Shown piece by piece: positions 1 to 7,663 of a stretch of DNA of 36,587 bases. The stretch lies in IMG/VR virus record IMGVR_UViG_3300017969_000045, positions 1-36,587 of that record; one strand, 5' to 3'. Under the pieces are notes generated by a model. It did no database searches and had not been told where the DNA came from. It worked only from the letters and a program-made list of their open reading frames with translations. Origin of the DNA: a virus (taxonomy: Duplodnaviria > Caudoviricetes). The position numbers and the translations under genes are program-made. The first letter of the stretch is position 1, and the number at the start of each line of letters is the position of its first letter.

Positions 1-462
1 AATTGTAGAAAAACAATGATCAACTTGAATATAATTTATATCCCAACAAAATTCAACTTGTGCTTGTAAATTATTAGGATCAGCATTTTCATGAGTTTTC
101 ATATTTAATGCATATTCTTTTGGCCAGCATTTTATTCCTCCATTGCCATAAATTAAACCATTTATAATATTATAAGCAGACCAAGAAATTACTGATTTTT
201 CTAAAACAACATGAGATTCAATTTCTACTTCTTGCTGAAGCAAATTCTCTGTTACAATATTATCACCGTCTATTGTAACAAATCTATCTGTTTCTGATAA
301 CTCTGCACAAGCTTTGTGTGCGTTATCTGATCCTTTTACACCATGTACTCGTTTAGCCCACGGAACTTTTTTACACAAATCAGAATAATTTTTTTCTGCA
401 TTTGGCTCATCATAACTTAAATAAATTATATCATAATCTAAAACTTTAACACTATTAGTCAT
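1..462 (-). CDS. Putative GT-A-fold glycosyltransferase-like phage protein, 3'-truncated by the window edge
   Basis: Not in the ORF track. Manual translation from ATG at 462 (AAGGA Shine-Dalgarno at 470-466, overlapping the end of the upstream gene) gives MTNSVKVLDYDIIYLSYDEPNAEKNY...AKRVHGVKGSDNAHKACAELSETDRFVTIDGDN...GLIYGNGGIKCWP, open to position 1. An N-terminal hydrophobic strand plus hhhhDGD (DxD) matches the GT2-like layout. Confidence 0.7.
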   Translation of the reverse strand, partial: MTNSVKVLDYDIIYLSYDEPNAEKNYSDLCKKVPWAKRVHGVKGSDNAHKACAELSETDRFVTIDGDNIVTENLLQQEVEIESHVVLEKSVISWSAYNIINGLIYGNGGIKCWPKEYALNMKTHENADPNNLQAQVEFCWDINYIQVDHCFSTI

Positions 463-1018
463 TATTCCTTATATGAAGATATGATTCAAAAATTTTATTT
501 GTATACAAACTTATATTACAATTTTTATTAGATTCAAAATTAAAACTAAAAGGTAATATAAAATATTTTTGTTTAATAAACTGTTGTAAATTAACGGCTA
601 ATGATTTGTAAAGAACATTAGGATTGTATTCTTCAGTAATGCTAAAAAATAAATTCCTATTTAAGAATATTTTTTTATCTATAATTTTATTACACAATTG
701 ATATGAAGGTAAAAATTTCCAACATGTATTTTTAAAGTCTTGTACGATAGTTATTTCTGAATCATTTGAAATATTTCCTGTTGGTATTCGGTAAACCAAT
801 TTATCAATGGTCAAATTTTTATAATAATTTATTTCATTTGCTATTAATTCCATTTTATTCGTTAAAGCATTATAGCTAACTTTATAATTAGAAAAAGATT
901 CTATACCATTAATTAAATTTTTTACATCTTCGTAATCAACTTCTATACATTCCTTATCTTTTTTAAAATTTATAATATCTAATATTCTACCGGTATTTTC
1001 ATCATATGTGATAAACAT
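455..1018 (-). CDS. Hypothetical protein (187 aa) within the glycosyltransferase cluster
   Basis: ORF track. Tightly packed between neighbours (3-nt gap upstream, 8-nt overlap downstream). No recognisable motif. Confidence 0.75.
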   Translation of the reverse strand: MFITYDENTGRILDIINFKKDKECIEVDYEDVKNLINGIESFSNYKVSYNALTNKMELIANEINYYKNLTIDKLVYRIPTGNISNDSEITIVQDFKNTCWKFLPSYQLCNKIIDKKIFLNRNLFFSITEEYNPNVLYKSLAVNLQQFIKQKYFILPFSFNFESNKNCNISLYTNKIFESYLHIRNND

Positions 1019-1021
1019 AAA

Positions 1022-1843
1022 TTAAGCACTTTCATATTTTTTAATTATATCGTCATTGATAAAATTATTGCTAGCATAATGAAATATTCCTTTTTGTAAA
1101 TAATTACCAATTAATAATCTCAAGTCTCTAGTCAAATAAGTTCCAATTTTAAATTGCCAATCTTCTTCAGGATATTTCCAATCTTGTATCATGGGCTTCA
1201 TATGTGTGAAAAAAATTGTTTTTTCTAACTTATTAGTTATTACATCATCTATATTTAAAATTTTACTTACAATTGCATGAGTTAAATCCATACTAGGATT
1301 TTTTGGATAATTATTTTTACAAAATGATCCATAAAATAATTGCCAGTTGTTATTTACTATTTCTACCCATTTAAAAAATTGATGTGAAATATCATTTTTC
1401 TTAAAATAAAAAATTGTAGAATATATGTTAGGCAAATTATTATTATCAAATTGTTTCCTATAATAATTACTTGTAACTATATCTCCCCTATATGTGTACG
1501 CCTTAGTAGGAAAATATAAATAATATTTTCCTAAAAACTCCCACCAATGATCTATATTTTCTAGCACTAATAAATCACTATCTAAAACAACAGTTTCTTC
1601 ATATGGTGTGCAATGATATAATTTCCATCTCGAAAAAATTTGATATCTAGAATCATCCTCTTGGTCTTTCCAAGGCACTGTAATAATATTGTCAAAAACC
1701 TTTTTTATATGATTAGGAACATTATTATCAGTTACAATACTAATAGGAAATTTATTATTAGTTCTTTTTAAACTTAAAGCTAATACATACGCTTGATGCA
1801 AATATAATTCACCGTTTGCATAAACTAAAAAACCTTTACTCAT
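1022..1843 (-). CDS. GT-A (GT8-like) glycosyltransferase
   Basis: MSKGFLVYA...YLHQAYVLALSLK...PISIVTD...RWKLYHCTPYEETVVLDSDLL shows the GT8/glycogenin-like pattern with a DxD motif, and THMKP/FHY His motifs lie downstream. The track starts it at 1855. ATG 1843 is preferred because it matches the paralogue's MSKG start and overlaps the upstream gene end. Confidence 0.8.
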   Translation of the reverse strand: MSKGFLVYANGELYLHQAYVLALSLKRTNNKFPISIVTDNNVPNHIKKVFDNIITVPWKDQEDDSRYQIFSRWKLYHCTPYEETVVLDSDLLVLENIDHWWEFLGKYYLYFPTKAYTYRGDIVTSNYYRKQFDNNNLPNIYSTIFYFKKNDISHQFFKWVEIVNNNWQLFYGSFCKNNYPKNPSMDLTHAIVSKILNIDDVITNKLEKTIFFTHMKPMIQDWKYPEEDWQFKIGTYLTRDLRLLIGNYLQKGIFHYASNNFINDDIIKKYESA

Positions 1844-2729
1844 GTAAATACTCATCTATACATCTATTTAAACTGAATTTATTCATAACATGAATATTGT
1901 GCTCTTTCCAATTTACAAGGGTGTACTCGCCATTATAATCTTTCTTTTGTAACAAAAAAATCACACTATTGTTTCTAATTTGCCAACAAATATCTCTATC
2001 ACTTGTATAAAACAATTTACCTGGTAAAGGTCTTGCAAAAGTGCCTTTTTTATAACCATTCATAATATGTATTGCTATGCTAAAAAGATGATCATTTCTA
2101 AAAATATTTGTTTTTATTTGATACATAGATCTATAATGCTGCCAATTATCCTGGATATGCTGTAACAAATCGAAAAATATTTTATTTTCATTAGTTTTTC
2201 TAAAAAAAACTGCAGTTGCCCAATAAAACTTAATTCCAGCATCAGACAAATAACTAAATTCCGTATGATCTCTAAAAGTACATAAGTCATATGCATCATC
2301 ATAAATCAAAAAATCATTTGCTTAGCTAAAGCAAACTTCTAGATTTTTATTTAATATCAAATAATCTGTATCTAACAGTATTGTTTCGTCATAAGGCGAA
2401 ATATCATATGCAGTAGAACGTAATTGGTTTTTAAACTGTAATTTTTTACTATATAATGCTCCATCTTTATAAGTTCTAGAAGTATGATTCTCATATCTAC
2501 TTAAAACTGTGTTTAATGCAATGTCTGTATCATTCCATACTACTTTAATTACTCTATCAAATATTTTATTGTAATTAGGAAAATTTTGTTCTAAGTAGTT
2601 AAAACTATCTGTAACAACGGTAGTAGGTAAATTTAATATTTTCTTAGCTTGTATAGCTAAAAAATATGCTTGCTTTACATAATCAATTTGCAAATTATTC
2701 CTAGCATATAATAAAATTCCTTTACTCAT
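1836..2729 (-). pseudogene. GT8-like glycosyltransferase interrupted by one in-frame TAA at 2324-2322 (track ORFs 2322..2729 plus 1836..2309)
   Basis: Both ORFs share a frame (2729-2309=420). Reading through gives ...LDTDYLILNKNLEVCFS*ANDFLIYDDAYDL..., about 297 codons, aligning along its length with the adjacent intact paralogue (YDISPYDETILLDTD vs YHCTPYEETVVLDSD; FFDLLQHIQDNWQ vs FFKWVEIVNNNWQ). Confidence 0.8.
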
Positions 2730-3073
2730 AAATCTACTATTTTATCAATTTTTCTATTATTTTTTATTTGTGCATAATCTGCAAAAAATTTATTACTTGC
2801 CGAATAATAAATGTCTAAAATATCATCTAAAAATTTTTGCAAATTTTCAATTTCAATTGGTATGTCGTTATCGTCAATTAACACCACAGAGTTTTGATGT
2901 CTATCAATTAACATATTACAAAAACATAACAATTCTTTTGTAACAGTAAATTGGCACCCGTTATGATAAAAAACAATATTTTGATTAAAGACTTCTTGAA
3001 TTACTCTTTTTTGGTTATCTAATGTAACCATAAAGTTTGAAAATTCTAATGCTTTTTCTAATCTTTCATCCAA
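2726..3073 (-). CDS. Small acidic phage protein (115 aa), possibly tail-fibre assembly/chaperone-like
   Basis: TTG start preceded by GGAG (3082-3079). Its TGA overlaps the next ATG (ATGA). The chaperone call rests only on size, acidity and position after the fibre genes. Confidence 0.6.
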   Translation of the reverse strand: MDERLEKALEFSNFMVTLDNQKRVIQEVFNQNIVFYHNGCQFTVTKELLCFCNMLIDRHQNSVVLIDDNDIPIEIENLQKFLDDILDIYYSASNKFFADYAQIKNNRKIDKIVDL

Positions 3074-3077
3074 ATAA

Positions 3078-3106
3078 TCTCCGTATATATATTATATATA
3101 CAGAGA
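3078..3106 (-). promoter_or_regulatory. Inverted repeat/hairpin sequestering the Shine-Dalgarno of the 115-aa gene
   Basis: Minus strand TCTCTGTATATATA-A-TATATATACGGAGA has 14-nt arms with 13 Watson-Crick pairs and one G-U pair in the mRNA. The GGAG SD lies in the 3' arm. Confidence 0.75.
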
Positions 3107-3118
3107 AAATAATTTCAA
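3091..3118 (-). promoter_or_regulatory. Candidate sigma70-type promoter for the chaperone/glycosyltransferase cassette
   Basis: TTGAAA (3118-3113), 16-nt spacer, TATAAT (3096-3091) in the only sizeable gap of this region. The AT-rich context raises the chance of a random match. Confidence 0.45.
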
Positions 3119-3131
3119 AAGATTTATGATA

Positions 3132-4139
3132 TTACAAGTTTGAAATGTTCTCGTATGATGGTGTAGCAACTTCTACAGAAGTACCTGGAGTAACTTCTGT
3201 AGCTCTCCTTTGACGTATCGTACTTCTTATGCTTCCTCCGCCTGACAAAACATTTTCATCAACTCCGCCTGGAGAACCTCCTGGTGGAAGAGGAAAAATC
3301 GGTTGATCTCCTGAATCCGAATCACTCATAACAATTTTAAAATAAATTATTGTTGCATTTGCTGTCGCTTGACGTGCATAAATTGTATAACTATTTTCTG
3401 AATAAAATTCACCAGTACCAAATTTTTCAAATATTTTTGTAGAAGGACTAAACGTGTCACTAACTGTTAAATTTACGTGACCAATATTATATGAAGTACC
3501 TGATGACCCTGTATTTGAAGTTCCAGAATGAGAAAAAACTATTGTTTGCATATTATTTAACATTTGTGCCCAGTTATAATCTTTACTCGTAGAGTCATCT
3601 TGTAGTGAAGATCCGCTTAATTCGGCGTTAATTCTAATTTCTCCTCCGGAATTAAAAAAATACCGTCTATGGTTATAGTCAGTAAAAGTAACTTTGAATG
3701 AATGTTCTATTTGTGTATTCCAAGGAGTTGTTCGAGTACTTTCTAGAGCTGTCTCTATGCTAGACTGATCTTCACCTAATAATAATGCATTATTGTAAAT
3801 TGCTATAACTGCTGAATTATAATCATTATGTCCTTTAGTTTCTTCTGATAAATTAGTAGGATCTGGTCCAGATGCATCTGCACCTATCATATCTCCAGTC
3901 GTTATTACGCCTAATGTTGTTGTAGAATTAAATTGGTGTAAGTTTGCTCTATTAATATCTTTTCTTAAATTTTCCATCTGTTGAGCACTAACTGTCATGT
4001 TATTATTAACTAAACTACTATTTAAAGTTTGCCCATAACCATAACTTCCTTCACCAGGACCTAATACATCATAGATTGTTTGATATAAACTATTATAATG
4101 ATCAGCTTCTATCTTATCTTCATTTGTTACGTTTGCCAT
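3132..4139 (-). CDS. Putative virion structural / tail-fibre-associated protein (335 aa)
   Basis: Ser/Thr/Gly/Asn-rich composition, located immediately after the fibre genes, with AAGGGA SD. No catalytic motif seen. Confidence 0.6.
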   Translation of the reverse strand: MANVTNEDKIEADHYNSLYQTIYDVLGPGEGSYGYGQTLNSSLVNNNMTVSAQQMENLRKDINRANLHQFNSTTTLGVITTGDMIGADASGPDPTNLSEETKGHNDYNSAVIAIYNNALLLGEDQSSIETALESTRTTPWNTQIEHSFKVTFTDYNHRRYFFNSGGEIRINAELSGSSLQDDSTSKDYNWAQMLNNMQTIVFSHSGTSNTGSSGTSYNIGHVNLTVSDTFSPSTKIFEKFGTGEFYSENSYTIYARQATANATIIYFKIVMSDSDSGDQPIFPLPPGGSPGGVDENVLSGGGSIRSTIRQRRATEVTPGTSVEVATPSYENISNL

Positions 4140-4150
4140 TTTATTCCCTT

Positions 4151-5653
4151 TTATTTTAAAAATATTTCAATAACGCCAACCTCTTCATCTGTTTTAGCTT
4201 CTAAAGCTATTCCTATAATTGTATATGCTGGGATACCAATTGGTACAACTTGGGCAACTCCTGGTATATCGCATTTAGGAATTAGATAGTCACCTTTTTT
4301 ACATTTGCCAACAATTTTACAAGGAACTCTACCCTTTAAAGCTACAGGTATTCCTTCACTTTCACTATTCATTAAATAGGCAGGATTTGTTGAAACTACA
4401 CCAACAACCGGGTCAGTATCTTTCATAGTCGCAGTAATTTCTTGTTCACCGCCTATACAAACAACAGTGCCTGGTTCATAATTTTGATCGGCAATATATT
4501 TTTCCGCCAAGTCAGCGTATTTAGCTTCAGATGCTACTCCTTCAAACAAATTTGCAGATAAATTACCATTTGCGTCTCTGATAGCTACAGTATTTGCAGC
4601 TACAGTTGTTGACGGATACCTATTTGCATTAGAAAAATATAAAGAATCAGACGCCGTTGATTTTCCATGGAAAGTCGTAGCATACATTGCAAAAAACGGA
4701 GCATTTGAGTTACCGATAGTGACATTTCTTGTTTCGCTTGTCGAATCAGTGGGTGCAGTACGTCCTGGAAAAATACCTTGAGCATTTATAGTAAATGGAC
4801 TTTTTATTTCGCCATTTTGATCTTTCACGTTAAAATAAATATCATTGCCTTGCTCATTTGCAATTTCTGCAAAGTTATCACTTACTACTTTGATAACAAT
4901 ATCATCTGAAGCACCTATTGTCAATCCGCTATCTGATTTAAATCTTACTAATGAACTGAATCCTGCATCACCAGTTGATATAAAATCACTTGCTGATTTA
5001 CCGCCTAATTTTTCTGCATTAGTAGCAGTACCATGAAACCGTGCATTACTATTTTCAGTTACTCCTGTGCTTGAATTAGTTAAATTCAATCCTGGTCTAA
5101 TTATCGAAAATCCTTGTATTTCATTATCATCATTAATCACAAACGTTTCATTTGCAATAATATGTATAACTTCATTATCAACCCTAGATAAAATTACTGA
5201 ATGACTTACTGGAGGAACCGACGTATCTGTAATTTCTGCACTTTCGAATCTTGTTACTAAATCTCCTGCACTTTGTGGTCCTACTAATATAAATTCTGTA
5301 CCACTATACGCCCATAATTGTTCATTTGTAGTATCCCACCAAAAATCTCCAACAGCTAAACCTGAAGGTTTTATATTAGAAACTTCTGCGCCGCCAGTAG
5401 TTCTCCATTGAGTACCATCATAAAATTTTAATTTACTTTCACCTACATCAAACCATAGTTGGCCATTTATTGCTTTAGGTGGTTCATTTTTACCAGCAAA
5501 ATTTTCAAGTAAAAAAATGAAATTTTCATTTTGAATTTCACCATATCCTGCATAATTTTTGCCAACTAGCTTTAAATCAGTAGTCTGATCAAGTGTTCCA
5601 TCTTCGACTACTGCAAGTTGATTACCGTCATACTTATTAATTATATAAGCCAT
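4151..5653 (-). CDS. Tail fibre/spike with C-terminal intramolecular chaperone/autocleavage (Peptidase_G2-like) domain
   Basis: Shared fibre N-terminus (GKNYAGYGEIQNENFIFLLENFA...GQLWFD). C-terminal AKYADLAEKY...EPGTVV...VVGVVSTNPAYLMN...VALKGRVPCKIVG..KGD resembles the phi29 gp12-type chaperone domain. Confidence 0.75.
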   Translation of the reverse strand: MAYIINKYDGNQLAVVEDGTLDQTTDLKLVGKNYAGYGEIQNENFIFLLENFAGKNEPPKAINGQLWFDVGESKLKFYDGTQWRTTGGAEVSNIKPSGLAVGDFWWDTTNEQLWAYSGTEFILVGPQSAGDLVTRFESAEITDTSVPPVSHSVILSRVDNEVIHIIANETFVINDDNEIQGFSIIRPGLNLTNSSTGVTENSNARFHGTATNAEKLGGKSASDFISTGDAGFSSLVRFKSDSGLTIGASDDIVIKVVSDNFAEIANEQGNDIYFNVKDQNGEIKSPFTINAQGIFPGRTAPTDSTSETRNVTIGNSNAPFFAMYATTFHGKSTASDSLYFSNANRYPSTTVAANTVAIRDANGNLSANLFEGVASEAKYADLAEKYIADQNYEPGTVVCIGGEQEITATMKDTDPVVGVVSTNPAYLMNSESEGIPVALKGRVPCKIVGKCKKGDYLIPKCDIPGVAQVVPIGIPAYTIIGIALEAKTDEEVGVIEIFLK

Positions 5654-5675
5654 TTCATTTTACCTCTTTCTAAAT

Positions 5676-7658
5676 TTAACTAACGACTGTTCTAGATAGA
5701 TACGTCCAAACACCGTTTTGATTTTGATATACATACAAGTATCGTAATGGAACAAATTCTACTATTCCTTCTGCCGTGCCCCCAGATTGAATATCTGCGA
5801 TAACGCTTTCTTGCGAATTATTTAAACCTTGTACTGAAACATAGGATTTTTGAATTAAAGCACCTGTACCCGTAGCTCCTACAGTAATTTCTATATTTTT
5901 TACAACTGCATTTGTATAACTCCATACCAAAACATTTGCATATGCAAAATTTTCAACTGTTGTAGGATCTTTCATTGATGTTAAAATATTTCCTATACTA
6001 GTTGTTGGTCCTGGAGATATTTGTAAAGGTTGTGGTGAGTTCAGTCCTGATACATCAATACTTAGCATTAATGTAATTTCTCTGATTTTTGTATCAACAT
6101 AATTTTTTGTAGTAACATCTTGCAGATCTACAGGATTTGTAACATCACTTATTCTATGTGATTGTAAAGAAAGCACTCCGCTTGTACCTGGATCAATGTT
6201 TATATTAATCCCATTAGTTCTTGTTATTGTAGATCCTGTTATATCAAAATAACTTGTGGTTATTGTACCTGAAACATCAAGTCCAGTTAATGTACCTACA
6301 TTTTCTAAACTGCTATTGATAACTGTTGATCCCAACGTAGTACTGTTTAAAACTTGTGACCCACCTATCTTATAACTAGGAGTAGGAAATGTATCTATAC
6401 TTAAATCTAAATTTTGATTACTTGTCCATGAATCAGTACTATCTATCCAAGTAAGAGATTTAGTTCCTTGTGTACCTCTTAGTAATATACCTCCACCATC
6501 TATGTTTACATCGGGCTCATATGTACCATCAGGCTTGACTGCTAACTCTATTGCTTTATCATTCACTTGTATTGCAGTAGAACTTACATAAAACTGTTCT
6601 CCTACTACAGTAAGATTTCCTGAAATCTTTACATCTTTATTAACTTGTAAATTTCCATTAACAGTTGTAGTAGGAATAACTGCTGCTGTAGTTAAAGAAA
6701 CACCCTTAAACAACTCAACTTCTAGCTCACTTGAATCGGCATAAAAAACATTATAAAAATTATTTCCTTGCCGTACTCGTAAATTTAAATCCGAGCCTGT
6801 TTGTTGATTTTCTATTTGTAGAGTATTACCTGCTATTTTAAAATTTGCAAAAGATACTCCTCCGTCATTTATTGTTAATCCATTTGAATTATTAATTGTT
6901 ATAGTACCTTGTGTTGTAGAATCACTAGTTGTAGTAAAAAAATCAACAGCATATAACCTATTACCACTTTCATCTAATAATGCTTTTGCATCTTGACTTA
7001 CTCCGTTATACCAAAATCCGCTAGTCGGTGTTTCCCCATCTAAATTAGCGATATTGAAACCTCGATATAGTTTTTGTTTTGGATTTAAACTTGTATCATT
7101 TGGATCTGGAGATAAGCCTGGAATAGAAAATGCTAATGGAATTACAAAAGTTGACGGAGAATACACTCCTACTAATGCTCCTCCTAAAAATAATTTAAGT
7201 ATAGTTCTTTCAGTTCCCGCTTCGTCAAGTTGTGATGCAGTTTCAAACCCTGTTTTTCCTTGATTTGCATTATAATTAGGACCAACTAAAGTTAAATCAA
7301 CTCCATCATAAAGATATAATTTATTTTGTAAATTATCGATCCATATGTCTCCTGCAATAAGATTAGTTGGTTGCGAACTATTTACAACAGTTCCTGATGC
7401 AGATTTAAAATCAACTCCGTTATAAACTTTAAGCTTTGAATCCTGCTTATCGTACCACATTTGACCTATCATAGGATTACTAGGTGGAGATGTAGAAGCA
7501 AAATTTTCTAATAATTTTACAAAGTTTTCATTAATAGATTCTCCAAACCCTTTATAATTTTTTCCAATTAAGGTTAAATCAGTTGATTCTTTATCTATTA
7601 TACCATCTGTTAAATCTATAAGCAATTCGCCATCTGTTTTGTTTATTCTATATGTCAT
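5676..7658 (-). CDS. Tail fibre protein (660 aa)
   Basis: Shared fibre N-terminus (GKNYKGFGESINENFVKLLENFA...GQMWYD). Beta-strand repeats (VNGNLQVNKDVKISGNLTVVG) and a trimeric fibre neck-like motif RISDVTNPVDLQDVTTKNYVD. Confidence 0.75.
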   Translation of the reverse strand: MTYRINKTDGELLIDLTDGIIDKESTDLTLIGKNYKGFGESINENFVKLLENFASTSPPSNPMIGQMWYDKQDSKLKVYNGVDFKSASGTVVNSSQPTNLIAGDIWIDNLQNKLYLYDGVDLTLVGPNYNANQGKTGFETASQLDEAGTERTILKLFLGGALVGVYSPSTFVIPLAFSIPGLSPDPNDTSLNPKQKLYRGFNIANLDGETPTSGFWYNGVSQDAKALLDESGNRLYAVDFFTTTSDSTTQGTITINNSNGLTINDGGVSFANFKIAGNTLQIENQQTGSDLNLRVRQGNNFYNVFYADSSELEVELFKGVSLTTAAVIPTTTVNGNLQVNKDVKISGNLTVVGEQFYVSSTAIQVNDKAIELAVKPDGTYEPDVNIDGGGILLRGTQGTKSLTWIDSTDSWTSNQNLDLSIDTFPTPSYKIGGSQVLNSTTLGSTVINSSLENVGTLTGLDVSGTITTSYFDITGSTITRTNGININIDPGTSGVLSLQSHRISDVTNPVDLQDVTTKNYVDTKIREITLMLSIDVSGLNSPQPLQISPGPTTSIGNILTSMKDPTTVENFAYANVLVWSYTNAVVKNIEITVGATGTGALIQKSYVSVQGLNNSQESVIADIQSGGTAEGIVEFVPLRYLYVYQNQNGVWTYLSRTVVS

Positions 7659-7663
7659 ATATA

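Noticed and set aside
2322-2324. Genome-wide stop-codon reassignment as the explanation for the in-frame TAA
   Set aside because: TAA ends most genes here, TGA and TAG each end at least one, and the standard code gives near-complete coding density including a 16-kb ORF.
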